Positions 1-10,950 of a DNA stretch of 41,759 bases are shown one piece after another. Within the stretch, counting starts at the first letter, position 1. The number at the start of each line of letters is the position of its first letter. This stretch comes from Octopus bimaculoides (Eukaryota): the NCBI RefSeq assembly GCF_001194135.2, contig NC_068983.1:134628545-134670303 (forward strand), in the 5' to 3' direction. The notes below the pieces were generated by a model. The model searched no databases and had not been told where the DNA came from. It was given only the letters and a program-made list of their open reading frames with translations. The translations under genes were made by a program, and so were the position numbers.

Positions 1-64
1 ATAAATGATAAATTCATGATTCTGCAGGTTTCTCGGTTTCAATATTCGTTTCTTTCGATGTTTT

Positions 65-870
65 TCAGTGAGAGGAAATGGGAGACAGGCAACAGTGGGG
101 TGGTTGTGAGGAGGAAGAGCAGAGGGCCCACAGATTGTACCCTGGCAAGGGCAGTGTGGATAGTGGTGAGGAGATATCCACATAGGTGAAGTGACGAGCC
201 ATGAGTTGGAGACTGAGTCTCAAAGTCATGGTTGTCACTGCAAAACCTGTGCAGACAGAGGAATTGGGAGTAGGGGATGGAGAGCTTGGTGTGGGTAGGG
301 TGGGAAGAGAAGTTAAGGTAGGGGTGTATTTGTAGTGGATGGAGGTAGCAAGAGCAGAGTAGTGTATTCTGATAGAAATGTCAAGAAATTCGATGGAAGA
401 ATTAGAGATAGTGCAGGAGAATTCAAGGGCAGGACAAAAGAGAGGAAGGAGTCTAGTTATCCACAGGAGAGTGAGGTCGCACTGAAACAGTTATCGATAT
501 AACAACTGTATAGTTCCGGAGTGAGACCAGTGAATTGTGAGAATATTAGGGCCTCAATGTAGCCAACAAACAGGTTCGCATAGCTGGGGCCCATTCTTGC
601 CCCCATGGCCACTCCTGAGAAGCAGTTGAGGGAAGGAGCAACTTTGGCCAGATGAAGAAGTGTGGAGGTATCAGGTTGGGAGTCAGAAGATCCAGAAAGT
701 GTTTCAGCGCAAATCCTTCATTGTGTGGGATCACCATATACAAACTCGTTGATATCAAGAGTGAACAGAAATTTAGAGGGGACAGAAGGGAAGGAGAAAG
801 AGTTAAAGAGACAGAGAGCATGGTTAGTGTCATGGATGTGGGAGGTGTATGCAAGTCAGGAGAAAAAGTA
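65..870 (-). mobile_element. Penelope-like retroelement reverse transcriptase relic (frameshifts and stops)
   Basis: Manual minus-strand translation gives SHIHDTNHAL..F.F...KFLFTLDI / SLYMVIPHNEG.ALKHFLD / GVAMGARMGPSYANLFVGYIE..IFSQFTG..PELY..YIDN. These are the motif order and content of Penelope-type RT, with YIDD decayed to YIDN. Confidence 0.85.
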
Positions 871-1448
871 TATACATGAGTAGAGTTTGAGCATCTGTGT
901 ACCTATATTTAGATGTGGTTGTGTATGTAAATTGGATGTTTATATTATGATTATGGTCTTCAAATTCCTAGTCACCTCAACCATTCATTAAACATGAAAG
1001 TAAAGAATCTCAATGAGAGAGGGGGAGGGGAGGGAGGGAGGNNNNNNNNNNNNNNNNNNNNNNNNNNNNNNNNNNNNNNNNNNNNNNNNNNNNNNNNNNN
1101 NNNNNNNNNNNNNNNNNNNNNNNNNNNNNNNNNNNNNNNNNNNNNNNNNNNNNNNNNNNNNNNNNNNNNNNNNNNNNNNNNNNNNNNNNNNNNNNNNNNN
1201 NNNNNNNNNNNNNNNNNNNNNNNNNNNNNNNNNNNNNNNNNNNNNNNNNNNNNNNNNNNNNNNNNNNNCTTCAATACAAAAATTAATTCAATATTCTAAT
1301 GAAAGATTTCTAAAGGAAACCAAAATATTAAAACAAGAAGCTGAAACTGCCACCAGAAAAGCTTTCCAATTTCAGCATCTAAAATCTCTTAGTTGAGGAA
1401 AAAATGTGAATCTTTCCTGTAAAACTCTTTAAATTGAAAGCATTTAGT

Positions 1449-1585
1449 TTCATGGTTTCTGATTAAGGCACAAGGCCAGCAATTCTGAGGAGAGGTGGGG
1501 CTAGCCAATACCATCAACTCCCAGTCATTAACCAGTACTTTATTGATCTTGAAGGAAGGAGGGAATGAAAGGCAAAGTTGGCCAT
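1449..1585 (-). mobile_element. SINE fragment (family S1)
   Basis: Matches the reverse complement of the ctttgcctttcatcc...aagtac..gtt...tggggtcgat core seen at 3877, 4500 and 38984. Confidence 0.6.
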
Positions 1586-1942
1586 AATTACCATCAATCA
1601 TTACTGATCTTATGAAATCTGCTGGTACAAGACTAAAGACATAATGTGAGGTTTTTGTATTTTAAGTACCATTGTTTGTTTCAGTTTTCCTGGTTGACAA
1701 CAGATTTCACTATTTGTACTTGACAGCTGAGTGATTGGAAAGAGAAACTCAGTAGTAAAACATTCACTGTAATAACATGTAAATTTTAAATTTCTGAAAA
1801 ACAATCCCAGCATGCAAAATATGCTTGAGAAGTTGTACAACTAATTATTAAGCCAAACTGCAAGTTCACAGTAGTCCAGTCAGTGTTCATATAAATTTAC
1901 CATACAGTACACTAGCTGATGTAAAAATGAACATGTATTGCG

Positions 1943-2163
1943 TGTTGGTGCCACATAAAACACACCAGTATTGGTGCCAAATAAAAAGCACCCAGTGTAC
2001 TCTGTAAGTGGTTGGCATTAGGAAGGACATCCAGCTATAGAAACCATGTCAAATCACACAATGGAGCCTTGATGCAGCTCTCCAGTTTTTCCAGCTCCCA
2101 TCAAACCATCCAACCCTTGCCAGCATGGAAGGTGGATGTTCAATGAGAATTGATGATGATGAT
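1943..2163 (+). mobile_element. RTE-type LINE/SINE 3' tail ending in (GAT)n, decayed
   Basis: gtggttggcattaggaaggacatccagct...ccaacccttgccagcatggaa...gatgatgat; homologous to the copies at 2948 and 10250. Confidence 0.75.
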
Positions 2164-2947
2164 ATTACAAAAAAAATTTAGACACCATTTAAATGAAAAA
2201 CAATAGTTAAGTTCATGTTAATATATTAGGTACAGTAAAATTTAAAAACTAATTCTCTAAAATATGTAAATTTTTATTTTTACACTAATTAACATTAATT
2301 TTCTCATCAATACTTCATATGGTAAAGTCTATACTTTGCTGAAAAGTCTAATAAGATTAAAACATGTCTAGAATTGCCTCCCATACTTGCTGGAATAATT
2401 AAAATAATATTGACAAATTCTGTCTTTTCAACACTTCTGGAACAATCAATTTGTACAGTTTGATCTGTGATCACAATATCAATTGAATTTCTAACCAAAC
2501 AGAACTGTTATAGTTACGAATAATTATTTCTAATTAACACATTTTATGCAGTGAACAATAAAAAGCTAACACTAAATTGATTTTCATGTAAACAGCTTCT
2601 AAATAATTTATTCTTTTACATAGATTTGGATTTAGAAAGGTTAATATCCTTTATGTTTAACCTCATTGTAAAATAAAAATATGTATGTAGGTCAGAAACT
2701 GAAAAGAGAAAAATAATAGCATACAGAATAATCAATTTGTAAAGTTTGGCTGGCAATCACAATATTAATTAAAATTTCAACCTAACAGAACTGGTATGTT
2801 TATACTTGTTGCATACATCTTTAAAAAATTTCTTTTATTTATCATAATGTAGGTTAGAGTTATTTACTGAACTAGTTCACATTACATTTCTGGCACTTAC
2901 TTTAGCAACCTTGAATGTATATAAACTGAAGTGAAATATAAATATGA

Positions 2948-3369
2948 CATCGTCTCCTTCATTGGACATGAAATTCGGCTTGCGAAGACCTGTTGGGGCA
3001 AGCGAAAGCGAAATCGTGATAGCATCTGTGCCCAGCGTCGCCTTCCTGGCACTTGTGCCAGTGGCATGTGTAAAGACATTCGAGCGAGATCGTTGCCAGT
3101 GCAGCTGGACTGGCTCCTGTGCAGGTGGCACGTAAAATACACCATTTTGAGCATGGCCGTTGCCAGTACCGCCTGACTGGCCTTTGTGCCGGTGGCACGT
3201 AAAAGCACCCACTACACTCTCAGAGTGGTTGGCGTTAGGAAGGGCATCCAACTGTAGAAACTCTGCCAAATCAGATTAGAGCCTGGTGTAGCCATCTGGT
3301 TTCACCAGTCCTCAGTCAAATCGTCCAACTCATGCTAGCATGGAAAGTAGATGTTAGATGATGATGATG
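2948..3369 (+). mobile_element. 5'-truncated RTE-type 3' UTR/tail with internal ~60-bp subrepeats and (GAT)n end
   Basis: Repeated gtggcacgtaaaa..cacc units, the ggcgttaggaagggcatcc core and a (GAT)n tail; near-identical to 10250-10712. Confidence 0.8.
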
Positions 3370-3876
3370 TAACTACTGAAAATTTGGATACTAAATGGGT
3401 TGCCTTAAAGCAGTAGCTCACAACATGGGGTCTGTTGATCCTTGGAGATCCACAACAATAGTACTATGGGTCCATAAGATGAGTTCAAAATTTATTGCGT
3501 AGAAAACCTGGTATTATTGGGAAAATACATAAAAGAGCCCTTTTAGTGAAAGGGTTAGTAATCACTGCTTCCAATATAGTTGTATGAGCAAAAGTTAAAA
3601 ATAAGAACCAAATTTCCTTTAAATTACATTTGTTGTTTTAAAAAAAGGCATATCGAATGTGTTTCTAGATACAGTGTTTAAAAAAAGATTGGATGGTCAC
3701 AAACGGAATGCTTCTGATCAAAGGCATATACAACCAGAACTGACCTTGGGGTAAAGAACAACGATCATCACAACAGAAAAGGTCAAAATTCTAGACATCC
3801 ATTACACTGAAATGAATTTTAATCTACTCAGAAGGTAACAAAAATAAACAAACATGAACAGCATTTGATACAGAAA

Positions 3877-4062
3877 TATACTGGTTTCAAATTTTGACAG
3901 AAGGACAGCAATTTTGGGGGAGGGAGTAAGTCGATTACATCAACCTCAATGGTACTTATTTTACTGACTTGAAAGGATGAAAAGCAAAATTGACTACAGT
4001 GAAATCAGAATATAGAGAGGAGCAAATGCCGCTAAACATTTTGCCTGGCAGCTCACCGCCTT
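3877..4062 (-). mobile_element. SINE (family S1)
   Basis: Reverse-complement match to 38984-39130 (gtaagtcgattacatc...gtacttattt...aaaggatgaaa). Confidence 0.7.
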
Positions 4063-4499
4063 AACACAGTATTAAAAAAAAGAAAACCATGATATAAATA
4101 TACAAATATATATAGTCAGGAACTATGTTTCAACTCGCATTCTATCCCTCACTCATCTAAAAAAATACCTACTGCCAAAAAAGAAGATTGAATCTGAAAG
4201 TTGGTTTCATCATGTGAAGACTTCCTCCATTTATGGTTGACACTCTACTCCAAACCATACAGCACCCGTTCACCTCTTTACACTTCTTCACGAACTGCAT
4301 TCAGACACATCAACATTTCAGAACATTATAACAATATCTTTTCCAGATAATCCAAACATAAATAGCTGTAAATATCAACTGCAACACTAAGTCATGATGG
4401 ATTGTCAAACATCTCATAACCCCCCAACCACATCCCTATAAGCAAATTAAAGCTATCAAACCACACAGAAAGAGAACCTACTTTGTTTTTGCTTTAGAT

Positions 4500-4705
4500 A
4501 CAGCTAAAGCCAGTAACTCATATATTGGAGTGGGTAAGCCGATTACATCAACCCCCAGTGCTCAACTGGTGCTTAATTTATCAACCCTGATGGGATGAAA
4601 GGCAAAGTGGACCTCAGTGGAATTGGAACTCGGAATGTAAAAACATGAAATGCCAGTAAGTATTTTGCTCGGCATGCTAATGATTCTGCCAAATTGCTAC
4701 CTTAT
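4500..4705 (-). mobile_element. SINE (family S1)
   Basis: gattacatcaacccccagtgctcaactggtgcttaatttatcaaccc...gatgaaaggcaaagt...; same family as 3877. Confidence 0.75.
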
Positions 4706-5799
4706 GTTAATTCAATAACTCATTATATTGAGAATGGAGATAGAACTTTTCATGGCACATGGATGGTGATGTTGAGGCAGAGGTGGAGTGAAATAAGACA
4801 CCACATCCACCGGAAAGTTTGTTATATGCCTCTAAATGAGGATGCATAGGACTAAAGTAATTACATTGTCTGTAGGGAAGTTTATGTTGCAAATGTAGAC
4901 AGAATTGAAAAGCAAAGTTGGCTTTGGTGGGATTTCAACTTAGATTGAAAAGACAAAAAGCTATGATGTAAAAAACAAATACCCAGATTGATAATGCTCA
5001 CCTCTGTGCTAAGCTGTCAGATACTTTAATTAATGAGTGTTTCTTCGTGAATGAGCTGGCAGCGATGGCTCACTAATTAACAGATGATAATAGGGAAAAT
5101 GGCAAGAGGATTTGCAAGTAGGCTGGAAGAAGTTGAAAGGAAAATAATCTCATCTTAACAGACAGCCTTAGCAGATATGCATAGATTACATTGTTTAGAC
5201 TGGTGTCTTAAGCTGTTTGATCTATTAATGGAAGTTGGCTAAGAGAGGACAGGTCAGAACACCTACTGTACAGTATTAATACATTGTTACCAACTGTTAC
5301 AGACAATAATACATTACTGATAATCTCTGCAGAGAATAGGCGTACAAGGTGAACCGAAAGAAAGGGAGAAGCCAGTAGGTCTGTGGAGTTGGAATCATTG
5401 ATTCAGAGTTAGAAATTGGGTTAAGCAGAGTTGGAATCAGAAAAATGCATTTACTTTCACTATATGTAAATCGTAATATAATGCTGATGGTATTTTATCT
5501 TCAATGAAAATAAAATAAAATAAAAAAGTAGTGTTTCTTGCTAAATAATAAAATCTTGTTAGATGCTATTTACTGAACTGAATTTTGCTGAGCAATAAGT
5601 AAATAGCTAGAGAAAAAGAGACTTAACTAGTAATTCACATAAATGAGGCACAAGTAATATCTGAAACCTCTGAATTACATTTTGAAGCATAGTTAAACAA
5701 AATGGAACAGGCAAAAGCGAAGCAACACCACTTAAATGGGTGAAAAAAAGTGTTAAAAAATTCAACAAATTTCTTTTTAATAAATTAAAAGTAGAAAAT

Positions 5800-6120
5800 T
5801 ATGCTTGCCCAGTGTGCAAGATTAATGAAGCACACAGAAGGGCTGAGCAGAAAAACTGAATATAAGAGGGATGAATTGTAGTGCACAAGAGTGATGACTA
5901 TGCTTGTATGGACCTGTGACGCATTTGAATAGTGAAAGATGGGTGAAGAAATTCCAGGAAATTCATGTGAAAAGAACCAATGGAAGAGGAAGACCAAGGA
6001 AAACATGGGCAAAAAGTGGTGAAGCTCTAACTCTCTAAGTTGATCCTCACAAAGGAGATGACAAAGGAATGAAAAGAGTAGTAGGGTAATGTCCAACTGA
6101 TGCAAGCACAGAAAAATGGT
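5800..6120 (+). mobile_element. RTE LINE C-terminal coding relic plus tail
   Basis: Translates with stops and frameshifts to ...KLNIRGMNCSAQE...VKKFQEIHV...GRGRPRKTW, the typical RTE ORF C-terminus, followed by a gtccaac..gcaagca tail. Confidence 0.7.
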
Positions 6121-6861
6121 TAGCAGCTGTGATAGTCGCTTTGTCATCCTAGTGACTAAGCTACTCCTATTAACTCTTAGCTGACAATCTGATACTTCAT
6201 CTACCAGAGTATCCAAAAGTGAAATTCTTCATTCCTCATGACAATAGAACGTATTAAACTCTTCCTCTAACTCCTCTCTAGACTAATTTTTGCCAAACAC
6301 ACACCATCACTAACTTCTTCAAATTCTGGATTTAACCTAGAAGAGAAATAGCTCAGTAAATATAGTACTATACTTATTACCTTGTGTTCTCAAAGTACAG
6401 TCAGACATTGTTTCTGAAACTTGTTATGGTGTTCTTAGTAGATATGCTATACCATGCAGATAGTGTCTCTTGCTTTAACTTCAATAAAGAGATAACGATG
6501 AACAAATCCTACCACCTTATGTAGAAGTATGCTGATCAAGTGGATATGGTATTGGTATAATAGTTCAGAGACACTGGGTTAAAATCCACTAAAGGCATTG
6601 TGCATTTGGGCAGCACACTTCACTTAAACTTCAGGCAACTGTCTATAACTGGTGCCAAGTCAACTGGGAATACTTGCTATAACAAACATTCTGGTGCTCT
6701 ATCTAGTAAGGAAATTTCTCTCATTTGGTATCATCAGTCTGATGTTAAACACAAGCTTTTAAGGTCTTTGGGAACTACATGAGTTATTTCCAATACTTAC
6801 TGACCTCCTGGATGGTTATTGGAGTGATTATTTCTTTAGCCTATTTTTTGACAAAAAAGGG

Positions 6862-7438
6862 GGATCTATTTTAAAACAGGGGCGCCAGTTTTCATTTATG
6901 TTTTATGTAGTGTTTTTGGTATGGAAAGACTTTCAAACTTCGTATACTTATCTATTTTGTGTTATACAACAGAAAAATATTTTTGTATTCAAATTTATTT
7001 CATGTAAAAAATTGTCTTATTTCGATAATTTCTACTAATCACTGACGTCTATTCAGTTGAAAACAGTTAGCGCTGTAACGGTGTATATCGTATTAATCCC
7101 CTAACTCTAAAATTGTTACACACATAGATACGCACAGCGTAATTTATTATATAAACAATATATGCGTATAAATTACGATTAAACCGGATGAAATATGTCA
7201 CAGGGAATAACATTTTTATGACCGCCCAGCAGTAAACTCTATTCAGCTGAATAGACGTCAGTGATTGGTTGAAATTACAGAAATACGACAACTTTTACAT
7301 GGAATAACTTGCAAATTCCTTTTTTTTGTTAAGAAGACTAAGAGTAAAAGATGTTTTATATGACACATTCTACCAGTGTCCCAAGTTTCAAAGTGTTTCG
7401 TTAAGAAAATACTGGCGCCCCCGTTTTAAAATAGATCC
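6862..7438. mobile_element. MITE copy A: 28-bp TIR GGATCTATTTTAAAAC(A/G)GGGGCGCCAGT, 8-bp TSD AAAAAGGG
   Basis: TIRs read directly (1 mismatch). AAAAAGGG lies at 6854-6861 and 7439-7446. Internal inverted aatcactgacgtctattcag blocks. Near-identical inverted copy at 20721-21277. Confidence 0.9.
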
Positions 7439-8171
7439 AAAAAGGGTTCCTTATACGCATTAAAATATGGTAAATTCCTCATCTCAGAAATATAGAACTG
7501 CAGGGTATGAAATGTTTTGGTACTATCTATTTGGTGTTGCCGATTCAACAATTGGCTTATTTGATATCAGATGTTTTAATGCTTCTCTCATTCCCTCTGT
7601 GTGTGCATGAGAGAGAGAGCATTTTTCTGTGTTTTCAAGGAGAGGGAAAACATGTTCAATTAATAAACTGTAATGTCTGGCTGTCTCTTTGCCTCCAGTA
7701 TGCAAGTACTGTCACCAATACAAACTGAATGTCATGTCAGACATTCCAAATCTGCTAGTGTCCAAAGAGTTGCATGTAAGAAATGTCTTCATTAATAACA
7801 GGAAAGGGAGTGATGAGAAGTGCCTATTTGTGTTATGGTAAAACATCCCGATAGAACCTGCTCCTACTCCAGCAACAGATTAAAAATGTAAAAAAACCTA
7901 ATTTGTTCAAAGTAGTTGTCGATTCACCACAAACTCTGAAAAAAAAAAAAAAAAAAAAAAAAAGGCTATGGTATATAAATGGTCAATAAAGTCCACAAAT
8001 GACAATTGCTTGAGTTTAGTAAGTTTAACTACTAGAAAGAAAGAAAAATGGAAGAAAGAAACAGACTGGAGAGAGAGGGGATAAAAAGTAACATCAAAAT
8101 CAAGTGCTAATATCAAGTTCAGTGTCATAAATTAGATTAGGCCAAAGACTAAAATAGTCTGGTATGTGTGT

Positions 8172-8179
8172 GTGAGAGA

Positions 8180-8270
<91 letters not shown>
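8172..8270. repeat. (GA)n microsatellite
   Basis: Direct read. Confidence 0.95.
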
Positions 8271-8275
<5 letters not shown>

Positions 8276-8759
8276 TAACTAAAAAGATGATGCTATAGAA
8301 AAAGCTTAAGGCAGAATTTAAAAAGGAGCAGGAGGAAGGAAAAATGGTGAAAAATTAAAGGAAAAAAAACTAACAAAGAATGTGAAAATGGATTTTTTTT
8401 TTTGGTATTAAACAGTGAAAGTTTGTTAGTTTAAACTCCATAATGAAAGGCATTTTTTTACTTTAAGGAGAGTTAGAGTTAGCAATACAAAAGCTAACAA
8501 TAATGAAAACTACAGTGCAGTCATTGCCTCATAACAGTAAAGCTACCAACCTCTTGGATGGCTGATTATGCAGTACATTCTCAACACTTGAGTTGACCAT
8601 TACTAAGTTTGCTGAAGTAGAGTTCTTTGTGTACATTTTAGTAAACCACCTAACTAAAAGTGCCTTACAGCTAATTGTCAGAAATAGGTGCTAGTTCTTG
8701 TAGGAAATTTTTTTACTTCTCATACTTTCTTGAAGATAAACCATTGGAGTGTGATTTAA

Positions 8760-8973
8760 CCCTTTCATTACTGTATTTCTGTTGAGATGCTCTGTATTTC
8801 TTTCAATTACTTTAAATATAACAAAGAATTTAGTAAAATAACTTAGTTACCATTAAGCTAGTGTTAGGAACATAAATTGTGACTAAGGTTTGGTGGAAAA
8901 TTTCAATTCAAAACTTCAAGACATTTGTACTACAGAGCCAGAGGCAGTTTCAGCCAGGTTGGTAACGAAAGGG
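8760..8973. mobile_element. piggyBac-type MITE (TTAA TSD, CCCTTTC(A/G)TTAC TIR)
   Basis: TTAA|ccctttcattac ... gtaacgaaaggg|TTAA. A TTAA target and CCC termini are piggyBac hallmarks. Confidence 0.75.
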
Positions 8974-9682
8974 TTAAGGGACATTCATCAGTTAGAGCAA
9001 GTGCTGTAGGGATGCCTTCAGAGTGAAATAACAGTAGACTTCTAGAAATTCAGTATGAGTTTTATATGAAGGATTACATAACATTTTTGACTCAATGGCC
9101 TGCACACATGTATCCATGCACATCTAAATTTAGTTTTGAAATTGAAATCATTTGAAAATTAATAGAACCATTGGTATTCTTGATATAAAAAAAAAATTGC
9201 AAGTGTTGAATCTGATAATATAATTCTGGAAGGTAGCAGAGATGGAAGGAACAAGATAAGCTATAAAAATTAAGAAATGTATTCTAAGCAGCATTCATGC
9301 TCTGATTTTATATTAAAGGAAAAGGAGACTACAATGATGATCTGAGCTAGAAGATGAATTAAAGCATACAGCTTTAAAATACAAAATGACAGCAGTTGAT
9401 ATAAATGTCAACTCAAGAGATCTACTGTTGATAATTTGATGTCATATACACTCACATCCAACCCACTTGCTTCCTTTGTGGAAGCAAGGATGACTGCTTC
9501 ACTAAGTTGTTTGTTCTGCCTACAATAAAAGTATGACAGACTTAGCAGCGTAGTAAGCATCATCAGCAACTAAGTTCTGTAGATCCACAAAAGCAAACCA
9601 TAGAATACTGACAGGAGACTGACCTTGACCAGCAGATAAACCTATTGGAAACTATTAAGCTGAATACAATTTTACTGTCTTT

Positions 9683-9830
9683 TATCTTTTACTTGTTTTA
9701 GTCACTAGACTGCAGCCATGCTTGGGCACCATCTTGAAGGGCTTAATACTTATCAACCCAAAACTTAATTTTAAGTCTGGTAGTTATTCTATCAATCTCT
9801 TTTGCTGAACCATTACATTATAGAGTTGTA
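9683..9830 (-). mobile_element. SINE family S2, 3' part
   Basis: Reverse complement of the ...gtgctccagcatggccgcagtc..tgactgaaacaagtaaaaga end of the S2 copies. Confidence 0.65.
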
Positions 9831-9969
9831 ATGGTGGGGGAATAAACACAAACACACACATATATAGAGAGAATGTTTGAGCTAAATTTGACAGTTTGCA
9901 TAAAAGAAAACAATATCCCATCTAAAAATAAAATTATTTAAAAAAGTGAAAAAAAAATATCAACTAGAT

Positions 9970-10760
9970 ATCAACCATTTTTTGCCCATGGACCCCTTTG
10001 ATTCCTATTTTCCTTGAGTGGATCCCAATCCATTTGATGTCTTTATAATTATATATTATTAGGAATTGTATCTTTTTTACTCATTTGAGCCATGTGGCTG
10101 CGGTCATGCTGGAGCACAACCATGTATAAAAGTAATTGTTAAAATATTTTGTGTATTGTGGATGTATAACCAATTTATTGCACATACATTTTACTGGTCT
10201 AATGCACAATTTTTTCATGGCCCCTGAAAAATTACTGTGAACCCCCAAATCGTAATTGAACCAAATTCGATGACTGGCTCCTGTGCCAGTGGAGCACTAA
10301 CAGCACCGTCTGAGCATGATCATTGCCAGAGCAGCTGGTGGCATGTAAAAAGCACCATTCGAGCGTGATCGTTACCAGCGTCGCCTTACTGGCACTTGTT
10401 CTGGTTGCACGTGAAAAAACATTCAAGCGAGGTTGTTGCCAGTGCCGCTGGACTGGCTCCTGTGCAGGTGGCACATAAAATACACCATTTTGAGCGTGGC
10501 TGTTGCCAGTACCGCCTGATTGGCCCTAGCACCGGAGGCACGTAAAAGCACCCACTACACTCTCGGAGTGGTTGGCGTTAGGAAGGGCATCCAGCTGTAG
10601 AAACTCTGCCAGATCAGATTGGAGCCTGGTGCAGCCATCTGGTTCGCCAGTCCTCAGTCCAACCCATGCTAGCATGGAAAGTGAACGTCAAACAATGATG
10701 ATGATGATGATGCATCCATGGACCCAACAATCTTATATGGACCCCAGTTGCGAACCCCTG
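9970..10760. mobile_element. hAT-like non-autonomous element interrupted by an RTE tail
   Basis: Right end gttgcgaacccctg (CAGGGG.. hAT-type TIR). The 8-bp direct repeat AACTAGAT lies at 9962-9969 and 10761-10768. The left TIR is truncated to atcaacc. Confidence 0.6.
10250..10712 (+). mobile_element. RTE-type 3' UTR/tail nested in the hAT-like element
   Basis: Same subrepeat and tail structure as 2948-3369, ending in (ATG)n. Confidence 0.8.
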
Positions 10761-10859
10761 AACTAGATTATGGTTGGGAGATAACAGTTTACTCAAAGTA
10801 ACTGCCTTCAGCTTCCACCACAGCCACAAGACGGCTCTGGAACCTGGTTCTTCACTGTA

Positions 10860-10950
10860 TTCCTGAAAGTAGATGGTGTCCGTGGAAAAGGGAGACCCAG
10901 GAAGACATGGCATGAAGTGGTAAGGATCGATCTCAGGATGATAGGTTCCT
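10860..10950 (+). mobile_element. RTE LINE C-terminal coding fragment
   Basis: Translates to KVDGVRGKGRPRKTWHEVVRIDLRMIG. Confidence 0.7.

Noticed and set aside
2877-3269. Cluster of overlapping ORFs
   Set aside because: All lie in the GC-richer RTE 3' UTR repeat, which recurs at 10250.
3412-3568. hAT-like MITE (cagtagctcacaac ... ggttagtaatcactg)
   Set aside because: TIRs are very degenerate and there is no TSD, so it is too weak to list as a feature.
6270-6345. Minus-strand acceptor tttctcttctAG followed by 22 open codons
   Set aside because: No similarity to PTDSS1 and no supporting donor or context. The overlapping 143-aa ORF partly overlies an RTE relic on the opposite strand.
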